IMG/VR virus record: IMGVR_UViG_3300030012_001811
Span: 1-53,937 of that record
Length of the DNA stretch: 53,937 nt
From: a virus
Lineage: Duplodnaviria > Caudoviricetes
Strand: one strand, 5' to 3'
Within the stretch, counting starts at the first letter, position 1; each line of letters begins with the position of its first letter. Both the position numbers and the translations under genes were made by a program. The notes below the pieces were generated by a model. That model was not told the origin of the DNA and made no database searches. It was given only the letters and a program-made list of their open reading frames with translations. Shown piece after piece: positions 9,571-18,796 of this stretch.

Positions 9571-9719
9571 ACCGAACACAGTTTTCATCACTAATATCTA
9601 AAGGAGGTAAAAAGATGGATCACGGAAAAAAGAAAATGGCAATGAAGGGCAAGAAAAAGAAAATGGCCAATGGTAAGAAAAAGACCAAAATGAAGAAAAA
9701 AGGTGCTTATGGCAAATAA
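9567..9719 (+). CDS. Lys/Met-rich micro-protein (50 aa)
   Basis: ATGA overlap; MNRTQFSSLISKGGKKMDHGKKKMAMKGKKKK...; possible internal start at 9615 after AAGGAGG. Confidence 0.62.
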   Translation: MNRTQFSSLISKGGKKMDHGKKKMAMKGKKKKMANGKKKTKMKKKGAYGK

Positions 9720-9855
9720 AGATGACAATGTTGTCGAAGTCCATGTAACTGGTGTTTCGATGACAGGAGATTCAGGACTGAAAAATGACAGTGAGAGATC
9801 TGCTGGAAAAGATCAAGGAACAGTTGAAAGCACAGAAGACAACAATAGCGAATAA
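9709..9855 (+). CDS. Small acidic hypothetical protein (48 aa)
   Basis: Own translation MANKDDNVVEVHVTGVSMTG...; AAGGTG RBS-like. Confidence 0.5.
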   Translation: MANKDDNVVEVHVTGVSMTGDSGLKNDSERSAGKDQGTVESTEDNNSE

Positions 9856-9982
9856 TATGATTGATGGTCGAATCAGTGACTTTGAATCGTATTGTAGAAG
9901 CGTCGGTGTTGGTGTTGGTTTAGACCAAGCCATAGAGATCATCGATGAAACATTTAAACAACTTGATAAGGAGGATGAATAG
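9785..9982 (+). CDS. Small helical protein preceding GroES
   Basis: 65 aa; composition and position typical of the gene upstream of phage groES. Confidence 0.75.
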   Translation: MTVRDLLEKIKEQLKAQKTTIANNMIDGRISDFESYCRSVGVGVGLDQAIEIIDETFKQLDKEDE

Positions 9983-9985
9983 AAC

Positions 9986-10384
9986 ATGTCACATCCGCAT
10001 GCAATAATAACTGATGAAGATTCAGACAAGACCATTGGTTCTCATCAGTTACCCAAGCCAGTAGGCTGGAAAGTTTTGGTTCAACCAAATCCGAGCAAAA
10101 CAAAAACAAAGGGTGGTATATTGTTACCATCTCAAAGTCAAGAAAATCAAGAGTACTTAACAGCTCACGGCAAGATATTAGCCACTGGCGAGTTGGCTTA
10201 CAGAGATCGTGACTCTGGCCAGAGTTGGAAAGGTCATTGGCCAAAGACTGGTGATAGGATCACATATGGTAAATATGCAGGTCAAAAATTATCTGTCAAT
10301 GGCGTAAAACTTTTATTGTTAAATGATGATGAGATAACATCTATATTGCCAGAGGGATCGGAGGTTGGAGCCTATGTTGAATAA
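9986..10384 (+). CDS. groES: Co-chaperonin GroES-like protein
   Basis: PVGWKVLV, KTKGGILLP, GKYAG, LLNDDEI motifs. Confidence 0.9.
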   Translation: MSHPHAIITDEDSDKTIGSHQLPKPVGWKVLVQPNPSKTKTKGGILLPSQSQENQEYLTAHGKILATGELAYRDRDSGQSWKGHWPKTGDRITYGKYAGQKLSVNGVKLLLLNDDEITSILPEGSEVGAYVE

Positions 10385-11288
10385 AGAACAAGAAAATCAT
10401 GAAAAAGCTATGGCAGATATCCAGGAAGAAATAAAGAACACTGGTGGTGAAGCCAATGATTTTGAGATTGAAGTAACTCAAGATGATGCTGTTGAAAGCA
10501 AAGTCGAGGAGAAAGAAGCAAAACCTGAAAAGAATGATGATCAAGAATATAGTCAAAGAGTTGAAAGAAGGATAAAAAAGCTTGTTGACCAAAGGAGAGA
10601 GGTTGAGTTACAAGCTAATGAACTTCAGGAGAAGAACAAACAACTCGAGCAAAGATTGGCTAGGCTTGAGGAGGGTTCTCAAAATCAAGCAGAGAATCAA
10701 TTTAATGAAAGATATGACCAAACTAAGAGAGCTTTGAAACAAGCTGTTGAGAATGGTGACACAGATGCGCAAGTAGCATTCCAAGAGCAGTTAGCAGATA
10801 TGCGTGCTGCAATGCGTATCGCTGAACTTCAAAAAGCTCAAGCAGCAAATCAAGCAGTGTCTCCAACAGTTGGTCGTGCAGAGCAGATGGCTCAAACTCC
10901 ACCAGCACCGAAAAAAGCTATGGATTGGTGGGAGAAGAATCGTTGGTTTAACTCCAATGGTTATGAGCGAGAGACTGCTGCAGCAAGAGCTATAGACGTT
11001 CAACTTGAGGTTGAGGGTTTTGACAAAGAAGATGACGAATATTATGATGAGTTAAATATTCGTTTACAAAAAGTATTTCCTGAGTTAAGATCAGGGAGTA
11101 GTGAACCTACTAAGCAAAGAGTAAAAAGCAGATCACCAGTCGCACCAACTGCAGGTGGCTCAACTTATAAGGGGAACAGGGTTCGCATGTCGCAGGACCA
11201 ACTAAGGATGGCTAGAGAGCTAGGCATCACTGATGAAAAAGGATTGAAGCAATATGCTTCTGAGATCCAAAAACAACAGAGAGGATGA
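10365..11288 (+). CDS. Putative capsid scaffolding protein
   Basis: Acidic coiled coil upstream of capsid genes; C-terminal ARELGI...YA helix. Confidence 0.65.
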   Translation: MEPMLNKEQENHEKAMADIQEEIKNTGGEANDFEIEVTQDDAVESKVEEKEAKPEKNDDQEYSQRVERRIKKLVDQRREVELQANELQEKNKQLEQRLARLEEGSQNQAENQFNERYDQTKRALKQAVENGDTDAQVAFQEQLADMRAAMRIAELQKAQAANQAVSPTVGRAEQMAQTPPAPKKAMDWWEKNRWFNSNGYERETAAARAIDVQLEVEGFDKEDDEYYDELNIRLQKVFPELRSGSSEPTKQRVKSRSPVAPTAGGSTYKGNRVRMSQDQLRMARELGITDEKGLKQYASEIQKQQRG

Positions 11289-11293
11289 GACCT

Positions 11294-11776
11294 ATGACAG
11301 AGAAACGAAATATACGTTCAAGCGAAACCAGAGAAGAGATCCGTGCAACCGAACAACGACCAGACACTGCATGGAAACCACCATCATTACTGGATGCTCC
11401 AGACGCAAGACCTGGAATGGTTCAGAGATGGATAGCTACCTCGATTCAGGGTAGAGAAACTCCAGACAATGTGTATAAACGTATGCGTGCTGGCTGGAGT
11501 CCTCGTAAAGCTGAGACTGTGAAAGATCAGAGATTCCCAACTATTAATCATGGACAGTGGGCAGGATCGATCGGAGTTGAGGGGATGATCTTATGTGAAA
11601 TGCCTGAAGACCAATTCAAACAAATGAAAAAGTATTATCAGGAAAGATCAGAAGGTCAGAACGAATCAATTCCAGGAGAACTAGAAACTGTAAGTCGGCA
11701 AGGAGGAATTCCAATCCAACAGGATAGGAAATCAAACGTAACACGTGGCAGAGATGTCTCTGTCATGAATGATTAA
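11294..11776 (+). CDS. Conserved head-module protein
   Basis: WKPPSLLDAPDARPGMVQRWI motif; GAGG RBS before 11294 (11285 also possible). Confidence 0.72.
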   Translation: MTEKRNIRSSETREEIRATEQRPDTAWKPPSLLDAPDARPGMVQRWIATSIQGRETPDNVYKRMRAGWSPRKAETVKDQRFPTINHGQWAGSIGVEGMILCEMPEDQFKQMKKYYQERSEGQNESIPGELETVSRQGGIPIQQDRKSNVTRGRDVSVMND

Positions 11777-11796
11777 TTTTTTGCTAGGAGGTAAAA

Positions 11797-12348
11797 ATGG
11801 CAAATGTAGATTCAGCCTTCGGGTTTGTACCAGTTCGCCATATGAGTGGTTATCCAGCTCGTGCAAATAAATATACCATTACTTCAGGTTTAGCTGAGAA
11901 CATCTTCACAGGTGATCTTGTTATCCTAACAGCAGATGGGGTTATAACACCACATACTGCAACTGAAACAAATAATATTGGTGTATTTGCAGGAGTTCAA
12001 TATACTGCTTCAGATGGCTCTTTTGTTTATAGTCAGCATTTCCCATCAGGGACAACTGCTACAAACATTGTTGCATATGTATATGACGATCCATACATTG
12101 TTTATAAAGTTCAGTCAGATGGCACAGTTGCCCAAACAAATATCGGTAATTGTGCCGATGTTGTCGCAGGTGCTGGTTCGACTGTAACAGGTCAATCAGG
12201 GTTCGAGCTAAACTCATCAATGGGAACAGGAACAGCAACTTGTAAAATTATAGGTCTGTTTGATTCTCCAGAGAATGCGTTTGGTGCGAATGCAGTCGTT
12301 GAGGTGCTTATAAATGAGCACATACTCAAAGACGCTGCAGGTATATAA
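11797..12348 (+). CDS. Capsid cement/decoration-like protein
   Basis: AGGAGG RBS; beta-rich; immediately upstream of the major capsid gene. Confidence 0.62.
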   Translation: MANVDSAFGFVPVRHMSGYPARANKYTITSGLAENIFTGDLVILTADGVITPHTATETNNIGVFAGVQYTASDGSFVYSQHFPSGTTATNIVAYVYDDPYIVYKVQSDGTVAQTNIGNCADVVAGAGSTVTGQSGFELNSSMGTGTATCKIIGLFDSPENAFGANAVVEVLINEHILKDAAGI

Positions 12349-12360
12349 GGAGTATAAGAA

Positions 12361-13269
12361 ATGGCTATGAATAGAGCACAATTTGCAAAAATGTTAGAGC
12401 CAGGACTGAATACTCTTTTCGGTCTTGAATATGACAGATATCCACCAGAGTGGGAAGCAGTCTTTGAAACAACCACCTCAAACAGAGCATTTGAAGAAGA
12501 CCTATTATTAGAAGGTTTCGGCAATGCTCCTGTAAAGAGTGAAGGTGCTTCAGTTTCTTTTGACTCAGCGTCACAGCAGTTCACTTCTAGATATCAGCAT
12601 GAAACAATCGCATTAGCTTTCAGCATAACAGAGGAAGCAGAGGAAGATGGTCTTTATGGATCCATCGCATCTCGATATACAAAGGCATTGGCCAGATCAA
12701 TGGCATCCACAAAAGAGATCAAGGGTGCTAATGTTCTAAATAATGCTTTCAGTGGATCTGGGGTGACAGGTGGTGATGGTAAAACACTTTGCGCAAGTGA
12801 CCATCCAACTCGTAATGGGAACCAGTCAAACATTCTTGCGACTGCTGCTGACTTATCAGAAACATCTCTCGAGCAGATGCTAATCCAAATTTCTGACATG
12901 AAAGATGACAGAGGTTTAAGGATCGCTGCAACAGGAACAATGCTTGTTATTCCAACAGCATACACCTTTGTTGCTGAGAGACTTCTTGAGTCACAGTTAA
13001 GAACAGGAACATCTGACAATGATTTGAATGCCATAAGACAGGGTGGTTATATCCCACAAGGCTATCACATCATGAGAAGATTGACTGACTCTGATGCGTT
13101 CTTTATTATGACTGACGTGCCTGATGGTTTAAAGCACTTTCAAAGATCACCTCTTAAAAAAGGTGTTGAGGGTGACTTCGATACAGGTAATGTTCGTTAT
13201 AAGGTTCGTGAAAGATACTCTTTTGGTTTTACCGACTGGAGAGGGATCTTCGGCACAGGTGGTGCCTAA
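12361..13269 (+). CDS. Major capsid protein (Mu gpT-like family)
   Basis: LEPGLNTLFGLEY N-terminus, DFDTGNVRYKVRERYSFGFTDWRG C-terminus; strong RBS; followed by hairpin. Confidence 0.9.
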   Translation: MAMNRAQFAKMLEPGLNTLFGLEYDRYPPEWEAVFETTTSNRAFEEDLLLEGFGNAPVKSEGASVSFDSASQQFTSRYQHETIALAFSITEEAEEDGLYGSIASRYTKALARSMASTKEIKGANVLNNAFSGSGVTGGDGKTLCASDHPTRNGNQSNILATAADLSETSLEQMLIQISDMKDDRGLRIAATGTMLVIPTAYTFVAERLLESQLRTGTSDNDLNAIRQGGYIPQGYHIMRRLTDSDAFFIMTDVPDGLKHFQRSPLKKGVEGDFDTGNVRYKVRERYSFGFTDWRGIFGTGGA

Positions 13270-13279
13270 TTTAAAAACT

Positions 13280-13304
13280 GGGGAGGGTGAAAACCCTCCT
13301 CTTT
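13280..13304 (+). terminator. Hairpin after the major capsid gene (weak intrinsic terminator or stabiliser)
   Basis: GGGGAGGGT-GAAA-ACCCTCCTC followed by a short TTT. Confidence 0.6.
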
Positions 13305-13306
13305 CA

Positions 13307-13345
13307 CCTTGACAGCGAAAGCTGACAATAGACACGACAAGGAGA
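13307..13345 (+). promoter_or_regulatory. Structured leader that could sequester the RBS of 13351
   Basis: CCTTG(13307-11) can pair with CAAGG(13338-42); inner CAGC-GAAA-GCTG hairpin. Confidence 0.45.
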
Positions 13346-13350
13346 AATAA

Positions 13351-13830
13351 ATGTCTAACTCTACTTTTTCAGGTCCAGTCAGATCTCAAGATGGATTTGA
13401 TTCGATCGTTAAAAATTCCAGTGGCGCAGTAACAAGCACAATGGCCATGGAAACATATGTGGCAACTATAACAGTTGCTAATGGTGACACAACAGGCAAA
13501 GAGTCTGCAATCGGAATGCCATCAAACTTTATCCCTATGGGTGTAACAGTTGCTGTAACAACAGCTGCAGCAAATGCTGTCAACCTTGTTGATATCGGGA
13601 CAGACGCAGACACTGATGGTTTTGTTGATGGTATCTCTGCTGCCGTAAACTCTACAGGGTTCAAAGGTTTCTTCCCTTGCAATGGAGTTTTAGGTATGTC
13701 TGGGGGATCCACAACAGCAGCAACCGAAACAGCAGATGAAGTTGAAGTTGTTGTCTCTGGAGATCCTGGAGGAGATACAGTGATTGTGTTAAAATTTTTC
13801 GGACTATCAAGCTCATCAGACGCATCTTAA
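13351..13830 (+). CDS. Virion structural protein (head fibre/decoration-like)
   Basis: MSNSTFSGPVRS N-terminus, typical after the capsid gene; T/G/A-rich. Confidence 0.7.
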   Translation: MSNSTFSGPVRSQDGFDSIVKNSSGAVTSTMAMETYVATITVANGDTTGKESAIGMPSNFIPMGVTVAVTTAAANAVNLVDIGTDADTDGFVDGISAAVNSTGFKGFFPCNGVLGMSGGSTTAATETADEVEVVVSGDPGGDTVIVLKFFGLSSSSDAS

Positions 13831-13843
13831 CTAGGAGATCATC

Positions 13844-14257
13844 ATGGCAGATATTACAACTACGACAACGATCTCTGACAATCCTAGAGAAGTTGTCATG
13901 TCTTTCCAATATCAATATGTTGATACAGGGAATGAGAGTGCGGTCTCTAAAATAGATGTGTCAAGTCTTGCTAAGAATGCTGCAGGAGAAACTTGCACAG
14001 GTGTAAGGATCATTGAGTGTTGGTGGATAATATCTGCTATGACTGTTCAAGTCTTAGCTGATGCAGACACAGATGTTATGATTATGCATCTTACTGAGGG
14101 TCAATCAGGTTATCAAGATTTCTCAAAATTTGGTGGATTATTAAAAAGTCAAAGCTTTGGTACAAATGGAACTGGGGACATAAAGTTTACGACCACTGGT
14201 GCTGGAGCTGCAGGAGACGCATATCAAATAATAATTAGAGCAGTTAAAGAGTATTAA
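13844..14257 (+). CDS. Virion structural protein
   Basis: AGGAG RBS; DFSKFGGL...GDIKFTT beta-sandwich-like. Confidence 0.7.
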   Translation: MADITTTTTISDNPREVVMSFQYQYVDTGNESAVSKIDVSSLAKNAAGETCTGVRIIECWWIISAMTVQVLADADTDVMIMHLTEGQSGYQDFSKFGGLLKSQSFGTNGTGDIKFTTTGAGAAGDAYQIIIRAVKEY

Positions 14258-14925
14258 TGGCAACATCGGGAACAGTAACATTCAGACCAGACGTTGAGGA
14301 AGTCATTGCTGAGGCTTTTGAGCGTGTAGGGATTGATGATCAAACTAGGACAGGTTATCATGCAAAAGCTGCACGCAGAAGTCTTAATTTATTGTTCAGT
14401 GAGTTTGCAAACAGAGGTATAAATTATTGGACTGTTCAAAATAATACTTTAAGCCTTACCTCTGGAACAACAACTTACACCCTCCCAGCAGGAACAATAG
14501 ATTTTATTGACGTTGTTATAAGAGAAAACAATGTTGATACAGCAATGACTAGGCTGAGTTTCGCTGAGTACAACCAACTGCCTAACAAAACATCTACTGG
14601 GAAACCTAGTCAATATCTTTTAGACAAACAATACACTCCACAGATCCGAGTGTATCAAGTTCCTGACTCAAATGACTATACTCTCAGTTATTGGTCAATG
14701 AATCAGATTGAAGATATAACTGCGAGCAATCAAGACACTGACATTCCTTACAGGTGGACAGATTGCATATGTGCAGGTTTAGCGAGTAAGCTCTCATTAA
14801 AATATCAACCAGACAAATTTAATCTCTTGAATCAAATATATGAGAGAGCTTTTGAATTTGCTGCTGCATCAGACAATGATGGTGTTTCAATGAGGATAAG
14901 ACCAACAGGTCTTAACTTGAGCTGA
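14257..14925 (+). CDS. Head-tail adaptor-like protein
   Basis: ARRSLNLLFSEFANRGINYW and YNQLPNKTSTGKPSQY; position in module. Confidence 0.65.
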   Translation: MATSGTVTFRPDVEEVIAEAFERVGIDDQTRTGYHAKAARRSLNLLFSEFANRGINYWTVQNNTLSLTSGTTTYTLPAGTIDFIDVVIRENNVDTAMTRLSFAEYNQLPNKTSTGKPSQYLLDKQYTPQIRVYQVPDSNDYTLSYWSMNQIEDITASNQDTDIPYRWTDCICAGLASKLSLKYQPDKFNLLNQIYERAFEFAAASDNDGVSMRIRPTGLNLS

Positions 14926-16253
14926 TGAGAAGTGGAAAATTTGCAAAAGGAAAAAGAGCCTATGCAATAAGTGACATTGGTGGTCACAGAGTTCCTTACA
15001 CAAAATTAAAAACACAATGGGATGGCTTAAGAGTTGATCCAGAAGAGTACAGCCCTAAACACCCACAATTGGATCCACCAAGACAAGTTGTTGATTCTGT
15101 CGCATTAAGAAACTCGAGATCTGACAATGCTCCAGAGAATATAGACTTTTTTGTTGGTTTTAATTACGATCCTTTTTTAGATAAATTAAATCGTCCTGGA
15201 GTTGGGATCTCTGGTAAAGGTCAAGCAGGTGTTGTAAGTTTCGATCTAAGCAGAGATGCAGAGCCAACTGGTGTCGGTGGCACAGGTGGAATAGGAACTG
15301 AGCTTGCTCTCGGAGCTGCAGTGGAAACAGGATTAGCAGGAACAGGTGGTCTAGCAACCTTTGGAGGAATATCAGCTTACACAGGTTACACAATAACAGT
15401 TGTGTCAACAGGCAGTGGAAATAAATATTTTGTCGATGGTGTTCAACAGCAACAGCTATATTTACAAGAAGGAAGTGTCTATAGGTTCGACCAATCTGAC
15501 TCAAGCAACTCTGGACATCCACTAAGGTTTTCAACAACAAGCAATGGCACTCATGGGAGTGGCACTGAGTATACGACTGGCGTAACAACTGCTGGCACTC
15601 CAGGAAGTTCAGGAGCATATACGCAGATTGTCGTCGCATCAGGAGCAGCAACTCTTTATTATTATTGCACGAATCATTCAGGGATGGGTGGAACAGCTTA
15701 CACCCCAGCAACAGGAACTATCTCTCTTGCCATAACAGTTTCTAATCCTGGAAGTGGTAACAAATATTATATCGATGGTGGTGGTCCAGCACCGACTATA
15801 AGTTTGACTGAGGGCAAAACATATAGGTTCGATCAGTCTGACAACACTAACTCTGGGCATCCATTAAGGTTTAGCACAACATCAAACGGAACACATGGTG
15901 GTGGTTCAGAATATACAACAGGAGTAACAACTGCTGGCACTCCAGGAAGTTCTGGTGCTTATACACAAATAGTAGTTGCCGAACACGCTCCAACTTTATA
16001 TTATTACTGCACAAACCACAGTGGCATGGGTGGACAGCTTAACACACCATCTGTTAGCTCTGAGGCAGTTATAGAAATAACAGAGACATTAACAGGTGTG
16101 GGTGGTTCTGGTGGCGTAGGAACTTCGGCAGTTAATGGTAATCCAAATGTCACAGGTGTAGGTGGTACTGGTGCAGTCGGTAATGAGACAGCACAAGCTG
16201 ATGACCCGACTTGGGGTAGTGGTGGCTGGAACGAAGGAGCATGGGGACAATAA
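14925..16253 (+). CDS. Virion protein with two tandem cupredoxin-like repeats
   Basis: Two copies of YRFDQSD..NSGHPLRFSTT...LYYYCTNHSGMGG; Gly/Thr-rich linkers. Confidence 0.75.
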   Translation: MRSGKFAKGKRAYAISDIGGHRVPYTKLKTQWDGLRVDPEEYSPKHPQLDPPRQVVDSVALRNSRSDNAPENIDFFVGFNYDPFLDKLNRPGVGISGKGQAGVVSFDLSRDAEPTGVGGTGGIGTELALGAAVETGLAGTGGLATFGGISAYTGYTITVVSTGSGNKYFVDGVQQQQLYLQEGSVYRFDQSDSSNSGHPLRFSTTSNGTHGSGTEYTTGVTTAGTPGSSGAYTQIVVASGAATLYYYCTNHSGMGGTAYTPATGTISLAITVSNPGSGNKYYIDGGGPAPTISLTEGKTYRFDQSDNTNSGHPLRFSTTSNGTHGGGSEYTTGVTTAGTPGSSGAYTQIVVAEHAPTLYYYCTNHSGMGGQLNTPSVSSEAVIEITETLTGVGGSGGVGTSAVNGNPNVTGVGGTGAVGNETAQADDPTWGSGGWNEGAWGQ

Positions 16254-16877
16254 ATGAATTATACAGAACTCAAAGCAAACATCCAGAACTTTGTAGAAGA
16301 TGACAGCACAGAGTTGACTAACTCTATTGACGCAATAATATCACAAGCTGAAGAAATGATATTTCAAAGACTTCCAAGTCTACCTTGTTTTAGACAATCA
16401 ACAACAGGAACATTATCAATCGGCACTGCAGATTATACTGTTGCTAATGCAAGAATGATCAGACAAGTTTCTATTACATCAAGCAATGTTGTAAGTTTTT
16501 TAGACCATAGGGTAGATTCTTATTTAAGAGATTATCATCCAAATGCTACCACAACAGGAACTCCAAGAATGTATTCAACAAAAAACGCAGGAACATCAGG
16601 GACAGTTATAACTCTTGCACCAACACCAAGTGCAACTTTGTCATATCAAGTTGATTTTGCTGCTCCAGAAACAGGTTTGTCTGATTCAAATGCAAATAGC
16701 TGGATAGGTAATAATGCAGAGAATGTTTTACTTAAAGCAGCACTTTATGAAACTTCTACTTTCCTTAAAGCCTCAGAAACAGTAAGCTTGTACAAAGGAC
16801 AATTTGATGAGGCAATACAATTATTTCAACAAGAAATGGGTCGCAACTACTCAGCAGAATATAATGGAGGTATTTAA
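16254..16877 (+). CDS. Tail/adaptor structural protein
   Basis: MNYTELKANIQNFVE...LAPTP...LLKAALYE pattern. Confidence 0.65.
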   Translation: MNYTELKANIQNFVEDDSTELTNSIDAIISQAEEMIFQRLPSLPCFRQSTTGTLSIGTADYTVANARMIRQVSITSSNVVSFLDHRVDSYLRDYHPNATTTGTPRMYSTKNAGTSGTVITLAPTPSATLSYQVDFAAPETGLSDSNANSWIGNNAENVLLKAALYETSTFLKASETVSLYKGQFDEAIQLFQQEMGRNYSAEYNGGI

Positions 16878-17321
16878 ATGGCTATAACACAAGCGATGTG
16901 CACATTGTTTAAAAAGGATCTGTTGCTTGGTGATCATCACCTTGACACAGATGATATAAGGATAGCACTGTACACAAGTTCAGCAAGTCTTGATGCAAGC
17001 ACTGATGCGTATACAACATCAAACGAAATAACTAATACATCAGGATCTGCTTATGTTGCTGCTGGTCAACAATTGACGAGTGTGACAGTAACAGAAAACA
17101 GCACAAGTGGTGTATTTGATGCAGCTGATCCAGAATGGACTTCAGCAACTTTCACTGCAAGAGGAGCTTTGATATATAATAAAACTCTATATGACAGTGA
17201 CAACAGTAGAGGTGCGATAGCAGTATTGGACTTCGGTGGTGACTTTACAGTTTCAGGAGGAACATTTAAAATAGTGTTCCCAGCAGCAACTGCAAGTAAT
17301 GCAATAGTGAGGATAGACTAA
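16878..17321 (+). CDS. Tail structural protein
   Basis: GGAGG RBS; IALYTSSASL, TARGALIYN, AVLDFGGD. Confidence 0.7.
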   Translation: MAITQAMCTLFKKDLLLGDHHLDTDDIRIALYTSSASLDASTDAYTTSNEITNTSGSAYVAAGQQLTSVTVTENSTSGVFDAADPEWTSATFTARGALIYNKTLYDSDNSRGAIAVLDFGGDFTVSGGTFKIVFPAATASNAIVRID

Positions 17322-18796
17322 TGACAAGCACATTTGTAAATGATCTCAGACTCAATGAGATGGGCACTGGTGATCAGTCAGGAACATGGGGTAACGTAAC
17401 AAACACAAACCTTGAGTTGATCGCTGAAGCTTTAGGTTTCGGGACTGAGGCAATAACAACAAATGCTGATACTCATACAACTACAATCGCTGATGGTGCG
17501 ACAGATCCAGGAAGAGCTATCTACATAAAATATACAGGAACTCTTGACTCTGCCTGCACAATAACAATAGCACCAAATACAATAAGTCGTTTGCATATAA
17601 TAGAAAATGCAACTTCTGGATCTCAAAATATAATAATAAGTCAGGGCAGTGGCTCAAGTGTGACGATAGGCAATGGTGCTGTTAAGGCAGTCTATTTAGA
17701 TGGTGCTGGTTCTGGAGCTGCAGTCAATGATGCCTTGGTTGATTTAGACTTAACAGGAACAACAACAGTTGCTGCTCTAACTGCAGGAACAGTAACTTCT
17801 TCTGGTGTTATAACAGGATCAACTCTTGAGGCAACAGGGGACACATCTGCTAGTGACAATTCTGCAATAGGTTACACTGCTGCCGAAGGAATTATAATAA
17901 CAGGACAAGGTTCGACAAATGATGTTACTATAAAGAATGATGCAGATACAGAAGTTTTAGGGATACCGACCGGAACAACCAATGTTAATATTGTTGGTGT
18001 TACGACCGCAGAAACTTTTGAACCTGATGGTGACACATCTGCAGGAGATGCTGCTGCAATAGGTTACACAGCAACAGAGGGTTTAATCCTTACAGGGCAA
18101 GGTAGCACTAATGACGTAACCATAAAGAATGATGCAGACACTGCCGTCATACAGATCCCAACTGGTGCAACAGGAGTCACCATGGCAGGAACTCTAGGAG
18201 TGACAGGCGCAGTTACAGCAAACGCTGGAGTTTTAGTTGACAATATAACTATAGATGGCACAGAGATTGATTTAAGCTCTGGTGATTTAACACTAGATGT
18301 GGCAGGAGACATTATTCTTGACGCTGATGGTGGTGATTTTAAATTTAAAGATGGTGGCACAGATGTTTTAAATATTGAAAACGATAGTGGCGATATAAAA
18401 ATCACAAGTCAAACAAATGATAAAGACTTGATTTTTAGAGGTGTTGATAATAGCTCTGCTATCACTGCACTTACACTTGATATGTCAGAAGCAGGAGCAG
18501 CAACATTTAACAATAACGTAACAGCGTTTTCTGACGTAAGACTGAAGTCTAATATAAATACGCTCGAGCATGGACTAGAAAAAATTAATAATCTCAGAGG
18601 TGTTACATATACTCGAGATGGCAGAGAGAACATTGGTGTGATAGCTCAAGAGATTGAAGAAGTCTTGCCTAATATCGTTTTGACTGCTGATGATGAGATG
18701 GGAACAAAGTCTGTTGATTATGGTAGGATAACAGCAGTTCTTATAGAAGCAGTCAAAGAACTTACAAAAAGAGTGGAAGAACTGGAGAATAAATAA
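17321..18796 (+). CDS. Tail fibre with C-terminal intramolecular chaperone (peptidase S74-like)
   Basis: FSDVRLKSNI autocleavage motif, GVIAQEIEEVLP, VDYGRITAVLIEAVKEL; duplicated GDTSA..AIGYTA.EG..TGQGSTNDVTIKNDADT segment. Confidence 0.85.
   Translation: MTSTFVNDLRLNEMGTGDQSGTWGNVTNTNLELIAEALGFGTEAITTNADTHTTTIADGATDPGRAIYIKYTGTLDSACTITIAPNTISRLHIIENATSGSQNIIISQGSGSSVTIGNGAVKAVYLDGAGSGAAVNDALVDLDLTGTTTVAALTAGTVTSSGVITGSTLEATGDTSASDNSAIGYTAAEGIIITGQGSTNDVTIKNDADTEVLGIPTGTTNVNIVGVTTAETFEPDGDTSAGDAAAIGYTATEGLILTGQGSTNDVTIKNDADTAVIQIPTGATGVTMAGTLGVTGAVTANAGVLVDNITIDGTEIDLSSGDLTLDVAGDIILDADGGDFKFKDGGTDVLNIENDSGDIKITSQTNDKDLIFRGVDNSSAITALTLDMSEAGAATFNNNVTAFSDVRLKSNINTLEHGLEKINNLRGVTYTRDGRENIGVIAQEIEEVLPNIVLTADDEMGTKSVDYGRITAVLIEAVKELTKRVEELENK

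Noticed and set aside
15385-18150. Duplicated segments in fibre genes as DGR template/variable repeats
   Set aside because: No reverse transcriptase in the genome; the copies are in-frame domain duplications with mostly synonymous, not adenine-specific, differences.
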